This document shows positions 9,949 to 19,900 of a stretch of DNA of 64,000 nt, piece by piece (position 1 is the first letter of the stretch; every line of letters begins with the position of its first letter). Both the position numbers and the translations under genes were made by a program. The notes below the pieces were generated by a model, which was given only the letters and a program-made list of their open reading frames with translations, was not told the DNA's origin and ran no database searches. Location: the NCBI GenBank assembly GCA_016841445.1, contig JAENZD010000003.1, positions 31,212-95,211 on the forward strand, written 5' to 3'. Source of the DNA: Anaerolineaceae bacterium (GTDB taxonomy: Bacteria > Chloroflexota > Anaerolineae > Anaerolineales > Anaerolineaceae).

Positions 9949-11864
9949 GAATAGGGTTCATATACTTTGAAATGAACAGGTGGTGGGTTGGAAGGTTCTA
10001 TTATTGTAAACCGAAAACCTGTATTTCCAAAATGGATGATATCACCGGGATGAACTTCAAGGGGATTTGTCCCTATTCTTTCATAGTTCAACCAGGTACC
10101 ACCTGAGGAATCAAGATCATTGATCCAAAATGAATTGTCCTTGATCTTGATTTGAGCATGGAATGGGTCAATTCCCTCTCCACTCAATACCAAACCGACT
10201 CTGAAAGAGTCACTTCCCACATATGTTTGTGTTTGGGTGAGGTGGGGCAGGGTTTGTTCTTTATCATCCACATAAATTTCATTTAATGGGATTAACGTTG
10301 CGAAAACCGCTGATAGATATTCATCACCAGGCGAGCGATCTTTGGTCTTCCTCTTGAATCGTGAAAAGAGCCTTTGTGTGAGGGCAGAAAAACGAGGGGA
10401 TACCCAGAATTGTCGGAACCCCCAGACCAGCAGGATGAGTAACGCGGCAAGAAGAATGGCACCGGAAATCAGCAGACCAGTTCGCTGGCGGGGCAGAGTC
10501 TCTGGTGCCGTGGATGATGAAGAGATGACTTCGACAATGACTGGTAATTCAATGGTTCGTGATGATAACCCCAGTGTGTCCATTATTTCCACCTGGATGG
10601 TGTAATCACCTGATTGGGTGATCGATGAGAGATCCCAGGTCATCGAGACAAATGGGGGAACGGTGTTTACTTCAGCAAGGGCGCCGTCTATGAATAAGCG
10701 GGATTCAACGATCTCTCGAGGTCTGCCATCCGGGAATTCAACGATAAATTCTATGATCGTGGATTGAGGTTCAAGGGATTCTAATGGGTTGACCGCGTTG
10801 GCGGGTGCCTGGCGGGATATGGATGTTGGTGGAGACAGGAGAATTGGTTTTGGTGGGCTGACTTCGATGTACAATGAGATGCTTTCAGCGCTCAATGGGC
10901 CTTCAGGGGTATCGACTGTCAATATTAAAGGATAGGTTCCAGTTTGCCTGATTTCTGACTCATAGGTGAGATGAAAATATCCACCCAGATGGGTTAGCAT
11001 CATTTCTGGATCCGGCAGGGTTTCAGTGCCGGTGTAATGGAAAAACTGTCCCCCCGTGAGCGATGCCATGTCGATCAATGCACCACCCTGGTCATTGGTT
11101 AAGAAATAACCGTCGCCAATCATCCACACAGTAATGTCAATCCCAGCAACAACCGCTTCCTGGGTGAGAGCACGAATGCTTTCAATTTGGTCAGCAGAGG
11201 GCGGAACGGTGATATAAACGAGAGCTTTATCCACCCCAAAGGGTACTGTCCAATCTTTCAACATTTGGATGGATAGTTCGAGAGAGGCAAGGTCTGATTC
11301 CAGGTTGCGAAAATTAGGTTGGTAATTTCTCAGCGCGGTCACCCATCCGCTGCTGGAGAGTGTATTACGGATCACAATGCCATCATTTGTGACAAAAGTC
11401 CAGGTGTCCTCTGGTAAAAATTTACGCTCTGAAGCCCAGTCAATGATCCCGGTTGTCATTTTTTGATAAGGTGAGACCCCGTTTGCATCCCGTAGATCAA
11501 AGTCCCTGCCGCCATTGACCGCTAACGCAAAATGGACCCCTGTTTTTACAGGTTCAAATGATGATATTTGGATATCCTGCCCATTTTCAAGCAGGTTTAA
11601 TTGGTCGATTTCAAGTTCAAATGGTCCCTGGCTTGGACTATTGATGATATCAAACGACATTGAGAGAATGGGGAAATCTTCAGTCTCAGGGGCTAATACA
11701 ACCAGGTCAGCCTCACCCTGCGAAAGAGCAGAGTCGCTTTGAGGAATGCCAAAGACGAACAATAAGACCAGGAGGGCGCATACCCATTTATTGATTGATC
11801 TGCCGCGCCTCAACTTAGAGATACGGCAGATCATTTTGGTTATTTGGCTTATAGAGAACTTCAT
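9945..11864 (-). CDS. Membrane protein with extracellular vWA-like and Ig-like regions and C-terminal FHA-fold domain
   Basis: Signal-like N-terminus, TM near residue 465, C-terminal HAQI...DLDSSGGTWLN...HPGDIIHFG pattern; 4-nt overlap with PP2C. Confidence 0.8.
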   Translation of the reverse strand: MKFSISQITKMICRISKLRRGRSINKWVCALLVLLFVFGIPQSDSALSQGEADLVVLAPETEDFPILSMSFDIINSPSQGPFELEIDQLNLLENGQDIQISSFEPVKTGVHFALAVNGGRDFDLRDANGVSPYQKMTTGIIDWASERKFLPEDTWTFVTNDGIVIRNTLSSSGWVTALRNYQPNFRNLESDLASLELSIQMLKDWTVPFGVDKALVYITVPPSADQIESIRALTQEAVVAGIDITVWMIGDGYFLTNDQGGALIDMASLTGGQFFHYTGTETLPDPEMMLTHLGGYFHLTYESEIRQTGTYPLILTVDTPEGPLSAESISLYIEVSPPKPILLSPPTSISRQAPANAVNPLESLEPQSTIIEFIVEFPDGRPREIVESRLFIDGALAEVNTVPPFVSMTWDLSSITQSGDYTIQVEIMDTLGLSSRTIELPVIVEVISSSSTAPETLPRQRTGLLISGAILLAALLILLVWGFRQFWVSPRFSALTQRLFSRFKRKTKDRSPGDEYLSAVFATLIPLNEIYVDDKEQTLPHLTQTQTYVGSDSFRVGLVLSGEGIDPFHAQIKIKDNSFWINDLDSSGGTWLNYERIGTNPLEVHPGDIIHFGNTGFRFTIIEPSNPPPVHFKVYEPYS

Positions 11865-11881
11865 ACTAACCTTTGAACAGG

Positions 11882-12847
11882 TTACACCACTTCTTCTTCG
11901 CTGAGTTCTTCTTCAGTCATAATGGTTGGTTCAAGTTCTTCTTTTTCAATCAATTGATGATAGGTCAGAGTCCAGCTTGCCAGTGCAAACGCTCTCAATC
12001 CGCCACTTAACAGGATGACCAAAGGCAGCAAGATCAGGAACAAAATCCCGCTGATGATCAATCCCACGCCTAATGCGTCACCACCTGTGGCTGCCAGGTT
12101 GATTGCGACCGGTACAACCGTCAGGAACAATGGGGCAGCAAGGAGGATCGAAAGGATGAACTGGCCAATGCCAAGAATGAGCGTCATCAAAATGGTGTGA
12201 CCTAAATTCCGGGTTATGACGTGCCATGCACGGGCGATCCCATCAAAGATACCTTTGTCCTCTTCAATGATAGCAACGGTTGTGAAAATTAACATCAAAT
12301 TGAGCAACCATCCGATCGGTATGCCTAGAAGCCAGATCAACCCGCAGGTACAAAGGGTGAGGAAGATCATGGGTAAGAAGAAAACCGCAACCAGGATTAA
12401 GCTGGCAACCAGGTAACCGACATCCAGTAGAAACACCTTCCAGAAGTAGGGTTTCACAGCTTTGAAAATGGTTTTGAGTGACAGCGGTTTTGATTCAGGT
12501 TCTTCTGCTAAGGATAAACCTGTTCCCTTAATCACCCCGGAAACGCCCAGCGTTCCTGCCATCAGGAAGAGGATTGATAAGATGAAAGCCCCTGCAATGA
12601 TCCCAAGGGCAATGCCAACCCATACCCCAGCTGGAATATCAGCCAGGGTCTCAAAGAAATCCTCAACGGCGGGGACTCCGGAAAAAGACATGCCTGCATT
12701 GCCTGCACCGCCGCCACCGCCACCGCCCCCACCTCTGCTGCCCATACCAGTGGTCGTACTGCAGCCTGCCAGAATGCCGAAAAGCCACAGGATTTTTTGC
12801 TTCCATATCACTTTCCAAGCTTTGGAAAAAATTTTACCAAAATTCAT
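11882..12847 (-). CDS. Multi-pass membrane protein with Gly-rich loop
   Basis: FSKAWKVIW start, repeated hydrophobic helices, second AW-xxI motif, poly-Gly stretch. Confidence 0.8.
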   Translation of the reverse strand: MNFGKIFSKAWKVIWKQKILWLFGILAGCSTTTGMGSRGGGGGGGGGAGNAGMSFSGVPAVEDFFETLADIPAGVWVGIALGIIAGAFILSILFLMAGTLGVSGVIKGTGLSLAEEPESKPLSLKTIFKAVKPYFWKVFLLDVGYLVASLILVAVFFLPMIFLTLCTCGLIWLLGIPIGWLLNLMLIFTTVAIIEEDKGIFDGIARAWHVITRNLGHTILMTLILGIGQFILSILLAAPLFLTVVPVAINLAATGGDALGVGLIISGILFLILLPLVILLSGGLRAFALASWTLTYHQLIEKEELEPTIMTEEELSEEEVV

Positions 12848-12960
12848 TTTCCTTCTCCTTTCAGATTTTCATTTGTCGAAAAAAATGATCCCCAATTAAT
12901 TATATAGTGATTTCAGCTTAAATCCCAAGAAAATGATCAATTTTTACAAATGAACAATAC

Positions 12961-14526
12961 TTATTCCCATTCAATGGTGGCAGGGGGTTTGCTGGTGACA
13001 TCAAACACCACCCGGTTTACACCCTGTACCTCATTAACGATCCGGTTTGAAACTTCAGCCAGGAGATCATAGGGCAGACGTGCCCAATCCGCTGTCATAA
13101 AGTCATCCGTGGTGATGGCTCGTAAGGCAATCACCTCCTCATAAGTGCGTTGATCCCCCATGACACCCACAGCTTTAACAGGCAGTAAGACCGCAAAGGA
13201 TTGGGCTGTACCTTCCATGGGCGCGTCATCCCCGGTGCGCTGTATCAATAAACCAGCATTGGACAGCACCTCTGTAAAAATGGCATCTGCTTTTTGGAGT
13301 TTTGAGACCCTTTCCGGTGTAAGGGCGCCCAGGCAGCGAACCGCTAAACCTGGCCCCGGGAAGGGCTGCCGCCATACCAGCTCAGACGGTAAGCCCAAAT
13401 ATTCACCGATGATGCGCACTTCATCTTTAAAGAGATACCTCAATGGTTCAACCAGGTCGAAATTCATACGCTCCGGCAGACCGCCCACATTATGGTGGGT
13501 TTTTATACGCTGCGCCTGTTTCCGTTCCGCAGCCCGGGATTCTATCACATCGGGATAGATGGTCCCTTGAACTAAAAATGGGGGATTACCTAATTCACGG
13601 GCTTTTGATTCAAAGATGCGAATGAATGTCTCACCGATGATCGAACGCTTTAATTCAGGGTCCGTAACACCTGAAAGGTTTGAAAAAAAGGTCTGGCTGG
13701 CATCCATCATGATAAGGTTTGAGCCAAGGTTTTTTCTGAAGGCTTGATCCACCCATCTGTTTTCATTCTTACGCATTAACCCTGTATCAACATAAACAGC
13801 AGTCAGTTGATTCCCAACGGCTTTTTGAACCAGCGCCGTTGCGACGCTGGAGTCAACCCCGCCGCTTACTGCAGAGAGTACCTTGGCATTGCCCACCTGA
13901 TTTTGAATACGGTTAACCGTTTGATCGATGATTGATTCCGGGTACCAATCCCCGTTGCATTTGCAAATATCCAGGACAAAACGCCCTAATATTTTTGCAC
14001 CTGATGGTGTATGTCGAACTTCAGGATGAAACTGCAGGCCGTAGTAGGCGCGAGCTTCGTCACCCATCGCTGCAATTGGGCTGTTGGCGGTTCTTGCCAA
14101 TACCTCAAAACCCGGAGGTACTTCTTCGATCCGGTCCCCATGGGACATCCATACTGATGGGCCATCATTTCCATTGAGAAGCAAGGAGGGTTTGATGCCC
14201 AATAATTCAGCGGAGCCAAATTCCCGGTTATAGGCCGGGGCGACCTTGCCGCCAAGCGCTTTCGTCAGGGCTTGCAAGCCGTAACAAATCCCTAGCAATG
14301 GGAGGTTGGATTGGATGATGAAATCTTGAATATAAGGTGCTTCTGGATCATAGACCGAGAGCGGTCCACCAGAGAGGATAAAACCTTTTGGTTGATACGC
14401 CAAAACCTGCTCTTGGGGTGTATCCCATGGCAGCAAAACAGCATAAACATGGGTTTCGCGGACTCTTCGCGCAATCAACTGGCTGTATTGCGAACCAAAA
14501 TCTAAAACGATGATCGTGTCAGTCAT
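12961..14526 (-). CDS. guaA: Glutamine-hydrolyzing GMP synthase
   Basis: LDFGSQY, GICYG, QFHPE, SGGVDS, IKTHHNVGG and KPPATIEWE motifs. Confidence 0.98.
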   Translation of the reverse strand: MTDTIIVLDFGSQYSQLIARRVRETHVYAVLLPWDTPQEQVLAYQPKGFILSGGPLSVYDPEAPYIQDFIIQSNLPLLGICYGLQALTKALGGKVAPAYNREFGSAELLGIKPSLLLNGNDGPSVWMSHGDRIEEVPPGFEVLARTANSPIAAMGDEARAYYGLQFHPEVRHTPSGAKILGRFVLDICKCNGDWYPESIIDQTVNRIQNQVGNAKVLSAVSGGVDSSVATALVQKAVGNQLTAVYVDTGLMRKNENRWVDQAFRKNLGSNLIMMDASQTFFSNLSGVTDPELKRSIIGETFIRIFESKARELGNPPFLVQGTIYPDVIESRAAERKQAQRIKTHHNVGGLPERMNFDLVEPLRYLFKDEVRIIGEYLGLPSELVWRQPFPGPGLAVRCLGALTPERVSKLQKADAIFTEVLSNAGLLIQRTGDDAPMEGTAQSFAVLLPVKAVGVMGDQRTYEEVIALRAITTDDFMTADWARLPYDLLAEVSNRIVNEVQGVNRVVFDVTSKPPATIEWE

Positions 14527-14628
14527 CAGGTTATCCTGTAAAAGTTTTCAGTGGATGAAACAATGATTGGGTTCTGGTCAGGCTTTCAGAATTTAAATGA
14601 GAGTCTGCTGAACTTGTCCGTCAATATT

Positions 14629-15207
14629 TCACGCTTCAGAAAATAGAATTTGTCCATTTTCCATCGAGGCGATTGCGACAAGAGAATGAATAGGGACGTT
14701 CAGGAAAGACAGCATATTCCGCCCTTCCTCGAAAGCCTTTTCGATCAAGGTGCCAATCCCGACCAGTGTCGCGCCTGCGGTTTGGGTCAGGCGGACCAGA
14801 CCTGAAATTGTTGCACCGGAGGCGAGAAAATCGTCTATGATCAATACCCGTTCTCCATGGGACAGGTATTCAGGGGAGACGATCAGTTCCGTCAGGTTCC
14901 CTTTGGTGTGCGAAGGTGCAACGGTCAGATAAACATTATTTGACATAGTGATAGGTTTATGCTTGCGTGCATAAACAACAGGGATTCCCAGGAATTTGGC
15001 TGTCATCAACGCTGGTGCAATGCCTGAGATTTCAGCTGTCAGAATTTTTGTAGGCTTGGTAGATATAAAAAGCTCTGCCAGCGCTTGACCGCAGGCTTCC
15101 ATTAATACGGGATCAACCTGGTGATTGATGAATGGATCAACTTTGAGGATGCCGTTTCCTAAATTTAACCCCTCCAGTTGAATACGCTTTTTCAACGGTT
15201 CAAACAA
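14629..15207 (-). CDS. xpt: Xanthine phosphoribosyltransferase, paralog 1
   Basis: LKVDPFINHQ, GIAPA, VLIIDDFLASG PRPP loop, IEK; GGAGG before TTG. Confidence 0.9.
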   Translation of the reverse strand: MFEPLKKRIQLEGLNLGNGILKVDPFINHQVDPVLMEACGQALAELFISTKPTKILTAEISGIAPALMTAKFLGIPVVYARKHKPITMSNNVYLTVAPSHTKGNLTELIVSPEYLSHGERVLIIDDFLASGATISGLVRLTQTAGATLVGIGTLIEKAFEEGRNMLSFLNVPIHSLVAIASMENGQILFSEA

Positions 15208-15296
15208 TGCTTACCTCCGAAATATCGAGCCTAACTTGTATGGACAATTGAAATTATACACCTCGGGGTGAGTGAAAATTAACATTTAACAAAATA

Positions 15297-15719
15297 TTAA
15301 ACATCCTCTGAGGATTCTGTAAAGATTTTGTTTTCGCTGATCAGATGCCAATGCCATTGGGGGATGGTCTGGTTTGAACCGCCGTTAGTGATCAAGCGGT
15401 AGCCGTGTTCTGATTGATGAAATTCAAGGATAAGCGTTTGGAAAAGCTTGAATAAATCGGAAAAGAACCTGGGTTCATTGTCAGGCGCATTAATTAACGA
15501 TCCAATACTGCGCTTGGGGAGAATGATAATATGAAGCGGATAAACCGGTTTGGGGTGATAGAACGCGATCCAATGCTCATTCTCATTGATCTTATCCACC
15601 GGCAGCAAGTTTGTCATATGGTTGAAAAAATATTTGACGAAAGGCTGAAAAATAGCCAGCCGGCTGATTTTCAACAGACAGCCGCTGATCCTATGCTTCA
15701 GCGAATTCAATTTTTCCAT
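15297..15719 (-). CDS. HIT-domain protein with variant motif
   Basis: AFYHPKP...HIIILPK, RLITNGG and PQWHWH; start uncertain (ATG 15719 overlaps the xpt paralog 2 stop). Confidence 0.75.
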   Translation of the reverse strand: MEKLNSLKHRISGCLLKISRLAIFQPFVKYFFNHMTNLLPVDKINENEHWIAFYHPKPVYPLHIIILPKRSIGSLINAPDNEPRFFSDLFKLFQTLILEFHQSEHGYRLITNGGSNQTIPQWHWHLISENKIFTESSEDV

Positions 15720-16269
15720 TCTCCAGGGCGGAGACCGGTACCAGGGATTCAACAGGGATATTGAGATTGGATAAGTTTTCCCGGCCAGACTCAAATGTCT
15801 TTTCGATCAGGGTACCAATACCGACGAGTGTTGCACCCGCGGTTTGTGCTAAACGAACCAGACCAATGATGGTCGAACCCGATGAAAGGAAGTCGTCAAT
15901 GATCAAAACCCGTTCACCGGGGGTGAGGTATTCGGGTGAGACGATCAATTCGACCATGCGGCCTGAGTGTGGCGAGGAGGCGACGGTCAGATAAATTGTG
16001 TCTGGCATCATCACAGGTTTATGTTTCCGGGCATAAACCACCGGGATGTCCAGATATTTTGCTGTCATCAGGGCTGGGGCGATCCCGGAGATCTCAACGG
16101 TGAGGATTTTTGTTGGCTGTGTGTCCCTGAACCGCTTGGCCAATTCCTGCCCGCATTTATCCATCAATGCTGGTTCAACCTGGTGACTGATGAATGAATC
16201 AACTTTCAGAATATCGCCATTGAGATATTGACTCTCTTGTTCAATTCGTTGTCGTAATGGTTCAAACAA
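15691..16269 (-). CDS. xpt: Xanthine phosphoribosyltransferase-like protein, paralog 2
   Basis: LKVDSFISHQ, GIAPA, VLIIDDFLSSG; same length and SD context as paralog 1. Confidence 0.85.
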   Translation of the reverse strand: MFEPLRQRIEQESQYLNGDILKVDSFISHQVEPALMDKCGQELAKRFRDTQPTKILTVEISGIAPALMTAKYLDIPVVYARKHKPVMMPDTIYLTVASSPHSGRMVELIVSPEYLTPGERVLIIDDFLSSGSTIIGLVRLAQTAGATLVGIGTLIEKTFESGRENLSNLNIPVESLVPVSALENGKIEFAEA

Positions 16270-16344
16270 ATGTTACCTCCATCAGTGTTGTGCTGCATTG
16301 CAGGGAGAATAATGGTCCATCTGGATTGATCAGAAATAAGGGAA

Positions 16345-17331
16345 TCAGAGTTGATCTTTTGGGGGCTGTTGATCGGATTGAGACGGCGTGCTGCTGTCTC
16401 TCCGGCGCAATCGAATCAGGACCTCTTCCAGGATTTTCCGGTTGAAACTGACCAGGTCAGCAATTAACCCGATCAGGAAGGTTACAAAGCCCACGATCAG
16501 GAATACAGCAGCCAAAATTAAGGACTGCACCATCCCGCTGCCTTCACCACGCAGATAAAAGAAAATAAACCGCCCGCCGATGATAACGCCGACCAGGATT
16601 AATAGTAAGCTGATAACGGTAAAAATCCGCAGCGAACGGTACATGGTGAAAGATCGCATGATCGTCACGGACGAATTGACGAGGTAGTTCCGGATGCTGC
16701 GGAACAGGCGGGAAGGCCTTTCAGGCGGGTTGGTTTCAATAGGCAAGAATGAAACCCGGACTTTCCTGGCACCAGCCTGGATCAGGGTTTCAAGCGTATA
16801 AGAATAATTGCTGAGCACCATTGTTTCGAGCGCGACTTCTCGTGTCAGGGCGCGAAATCCGCTCGTCGCATCCGGGATTGGAAAACCAGCTGTGGCGGAT
16901 ACAACACGGCTGCCAAGTTTCTGCAAGGCTCGCTTATGGATGGGGAAATGCTTTACTGAATTTACGCCGCGGTCACCGATCACCATTTCTGCTTTGCCAT
17001 CAAGGATAGGCTTGACCAGCTTCTGGATATCTTCGGCGCGATACTGGTTATCAGCGTCGGTGTTGACGATCACATCCGCACCTAATTGTAAGCAAGCATC
17101 CAACCCGTGTGAAAAAGCTTGTGCCAATCCTAGATGCCGTGTCAGGTGGACAATATGGTCTGCGCCGCTTTCGCGCGCCACCCTTGCTGTGTTGTCGCTG
17201 CTGCCGTCATCGATGATCAGTGTTTCCACAACATCGAAACCTTCAACAGCTTTTGGCATCTGCATAAGGGTTTTGGCCAGAATTTCGGCTTCATTGAAGC
17301 ATGGGATTTGGATGATCAGTTTCATATGCAT
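16345..17331 (-). CDS. Glycosyltransferase family 2 protein with C-terminal TM pair
   Basis: IPCFNE, IDDGSSD, DADNQY and DATSGFR motifs. Confidence 0.92.
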   Translation of the reverse strand: MHMKLIIQIPCFNEAEILAKTLMQMPKAVEGFDVVETLIIDDGSSDNTARVARESGADHIVHLTRHLGLAQAFSHGLDACLQLGADVIVNTDADNQYRAEDIQKLVKPILDGKAEMVIGDRGVNSVKHFPIHKRALQKLGSRVVSATAGFPIPDATSGFRALTREVALETMVLSNYSYTLETLIQAGARKVRVSFLPIETNPPERPSRLFRSIRNYLVNSSVTIMRSFTMYRSLRIFTVISLLLILVGVIIGGRFIFFYLRGEGSGMVQSLILAAVFLIVGFVTFLIGLIADLVSFNRKILEEVLIRLRRRDSSTPSQSDQQPPKDQL

Positions 17332-17398
17332 TTAGTATTGTTTGATTTCACTAACAAGTATATCACGCAGGGGTGATTTACTGGCTTCTTTTCATCCT

Positions 17399-18277
17399 TC
17401 AGCTCCCTGCCAGCCGCGCTGCCTTGAGGGTGTTGCTGAGTAGCATGGCAATCGTCATCGGACCTACACCGCCGGGAACAGGGGTGATTGCACCGGCGAC
17501 TGCTGAGACTTCTTCAAAATTGACGTCACCCACCAGACGGTAGCCGCGTTTGCTGGTTTCATCTTCCACCCTGTTGACACCCACATCAATCACAGTCGCG
17601 CCAGGCTTGATCCAATCGCCGCGGACATATTCCGGAATTCCTACAGCTGCGATCAGGATATCAGCTTGACGAATGATTTTTGGGATATCTTTTGTATGGG
17701 AGTGGCAGATGGTTACCGTGGCATTGGCGTCCACCAGTAAAAGACTGACCGGCATCCCAACAATATTTGATCGCCCCAGGACAACCGCATTTGCGCCGTC
17801 GATAAGCGTACCGCTCTTTTCTAACAAAACCATCACACCGGATGGGGTCGCCGGGACAAATAATGGCGTCCGGCCTTTTTGGGCTAAGCGTCCAATATTG
17901 ATAGGATGGAACCCATCGACATCTTTTTTTAGGCTGATCGTACTGAGAACGGCTTCTTCATCCAAACCTGCAGGGAGGGGCAGTTGGACGAGTATCCCGT
18001 GAATTTTTGGATCATTGTTCAGCTCTTTGATCAATGCTTCTACGTCTTCTTGTGGGGTATCGGATGATAATTCATGCCCAACGGAGAGAATGCCTGCCTC
18101 TTCACAAGCTTTGTGTTTCATCCGGACGTAAACTTTGGAAGCCGGGTTATTCCCAACGATCACCGTTGCCAGCCCGGGTGCGATTAATCCCTTCGCTAAC
18201 CGGTCGCTGACCTGCTTTTTGACATCTTCGCGAATTCTTTCAGCAATGACCTTTCCATTGATCAATTTTGCTGGCAT
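17399..18277 (-). CDS. folD: Methylenetetrahydrofolate dehydrogenase/cyclohydrolase
   Basis: YVRMK, KDVDG, GRSNIVG and TPVPGGVGPMT motifs; GGAGG before ATG 18277. Confidence 0.97.
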   Translation of the reverse strand: MPAKLINGKVIAERIREDVKKQVSDRLAKGLIAPGLATVIVGNNPASKVYVRMKHKACEEAGILSVGHELSSDTPQEDVEALIKELNNDPKIHGILVQLPLPAGLDEEAVLSTISLKKDVDGFHPINIGRLAQKGRTPLFVPATPSGVMVLLEKSGTLIDGANAVVLGRSNIVGMPVSLLLVDANATVTICHSHTKDIPKIIRQADILIAAVGIPEYVRGDWIKPGATVIDVGVNRVEDETSKRGYRLVGDVNFEEVSAVAGAITPVPGGVGPMTIAMLLSNTLKAARLAGS

Positions 18278-18584
18278 ATTTCCTCCAAACTTCATGAATA
18301 TTCTATGGATTATACCTGAAGGAGGTGATTTCATTCGATTGTGATGAAGAAATTGAAGCAAAAAACTTTTGTGCCGCGAATTTGGCAGATTCCTAGTTGT
18401 AAAAGTAGACTAATTGTATAGAAAATGTCAGCTATTAGATCATTTGGACTGTTGATTGAAGAACTTTTTCATTAAGTCACTCATCCTACCGTGCATCCGT
18501 CAGAAGAATTTGCAGGTGAAGCAGCCGAGGCGATAGAGAAGGTTTAATAGCAAGATAGACCCACAATTAATAGATAAAGAGGTC

Positions 18585-19064
18585 ATGATGAACCCTAAAA
18601 AAGAAAATGAAATAAAGGAACGTGTGCAAAACAAAGGGCAAAATCCCGTTGGTTTCTCAGAAGAGGAACGCGCAGCAATGAAAGAGCGCGCCAAAGAATT
18701 GAAGGCGGAAGCGCGTGCTGAAAAGAAAAGGGAAGAAGGAGAAAGCGACATTCAAGAGAAAATTGCTGAAATGCCTGAATCCGAACAGGAAATGGCCAGG
18801 CGGATCCATCAGATTATCAAAGACAGTGCACCGGACTTGATGCCAAAAACATGGTATGGGATGCCAGCTTATGCAAAAGGCGGAGATGTTATTTGCTTTT
18901 TCCAAGCTGCCTCCAAGTTTAAGTCAAGGTATACGTCATTAGGTTTTAACGACTCAGCCAAACTTGATGATGGTGATATGTGGCCAACTGCGTTTGCGGT
19001 GAAGAAACTTAACTCATCCGTTGAAAAACAGATCGTTGCTCTTGTCAGGAAAGCAATGCGATGA
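18585..19064 (+). CDS. DUF1801 (YdhG-like) protein
   Basis: APDLMPKTWYGMPAY, FFQAASKF and MWPTAF pattern. Confidence 0.85.
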   Translation: MMNPKKENEIKERVQNKGQNPVGFSEEERAAMKERAKELKAEARAEKKREEGESDIQEKIAEMPESEQEMARRIHQIIKDSAPDLMPKTWYGMPAYAKGGDVICFFQAASKFKSRYTSLGFNDSAKLDDGDMWPTAFAVKKLNSSVEKQIVALVRKAMR

Positions 19065-19249
19065 GGCTTGACTGCAGTTGATATTGCCCCCGGTGATCAT
19101 ACCGTCAGGTTTTATTTCTCTGCCTGCCAATGCCCATTGCAGGAGAGGGTCGCTATTCACCTGTCCAACTTGCTTATTCGCAAATATTCTTATTTGATTT
19201 CGATGATTCACAGCCATAATGCAAGATAAGCGGTTATAATTTCAGCATT

Positions 19250-19900
19250 ATGCATACTGATGAAAACACACCAATGGTAGTTGGTATTGCGGGTGGTACC
19301 GGATCCGGAAAGACGACCCTCTCTGAACAAATTTTGAATCGGCTGGGACGCGATAAGATCGCCTATTTGCCACATGATGCTTATTACAGGGATCAGAAGT
19401 ATTTACCACTGGAAGAGCGGAAAAAGGTCAACTACGACCATCCTGATTCACTTGAAACAGAATTATTGGTAAGGCATATTGAGCAGCTCAAATCTGGCCA
19501 GCCGATTGAAATGCCTGTGTATGATTTCACAATCCATAATCGTGTCGAGCAGACCATCCGCGTTGAACCAAGGCGGGTAATCCTTGTTGAAGGGATCCTG
19601 GTTTTTGTTGAGAAGATCTTGAGAACGATTTTTGATATGAAGATTTATGTGGACACTGATGCGGATATCCGCTTCATCAGAAGATTGACCCGTGATATCG
19701 AGGAGCGAGGCCGGACGATGCGTTCCGTGATCAACCAATACTTAGGGACTGTGCGCCCGATGCACCTAGAATTTGTCGAGAACTCGAAACGCTATGCGGA
19801 TATCATCGTACCACAGGGCGGGTTAAATACAGTTGCCCTTGATATGGTGATCGCTCGTTTGCAATCCCTTTTAAGCGGAGAACATTCTCTTGGCAGTTGA
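19250..19900 (+). CDS. udk: Uridine kinase
   Basis: GIAGGTGSGKTT P-loop, NYDHPD, RDIEERGR and ADII motifs. Confidence 0.96.
   Translation: MHTDENTPMVVGIAGGTGSGKTTLSEQILNRLGRDKIAYLPHDAYYRDQKYLPLEERKKVNYDHPDSLETELLVRHIEQLKSGQPIEMPVYDFTIHNRVEQTIRVEPRRVILVEGILVFVEKILRTIFDMKIYVDTDADIRFIRRLTRDIEERGRTMRSVINQYLGTVRPMHLEFVENSKRYADIIVPQGGLNTVALDMVIARLQSLLSGEHSLGS

Noticed and set aside
14527-16344. Purine riboswitch before guaA or xpt
   Set aside because: Spacers are 74-102 nt and lack a recognisable purine aptamer core
18278-18584. ZMP/ZTP riboswitch before folD
   Set aside because: Only a CGCCTCGGC look-alike; the 5' GACTGGCG element is absent
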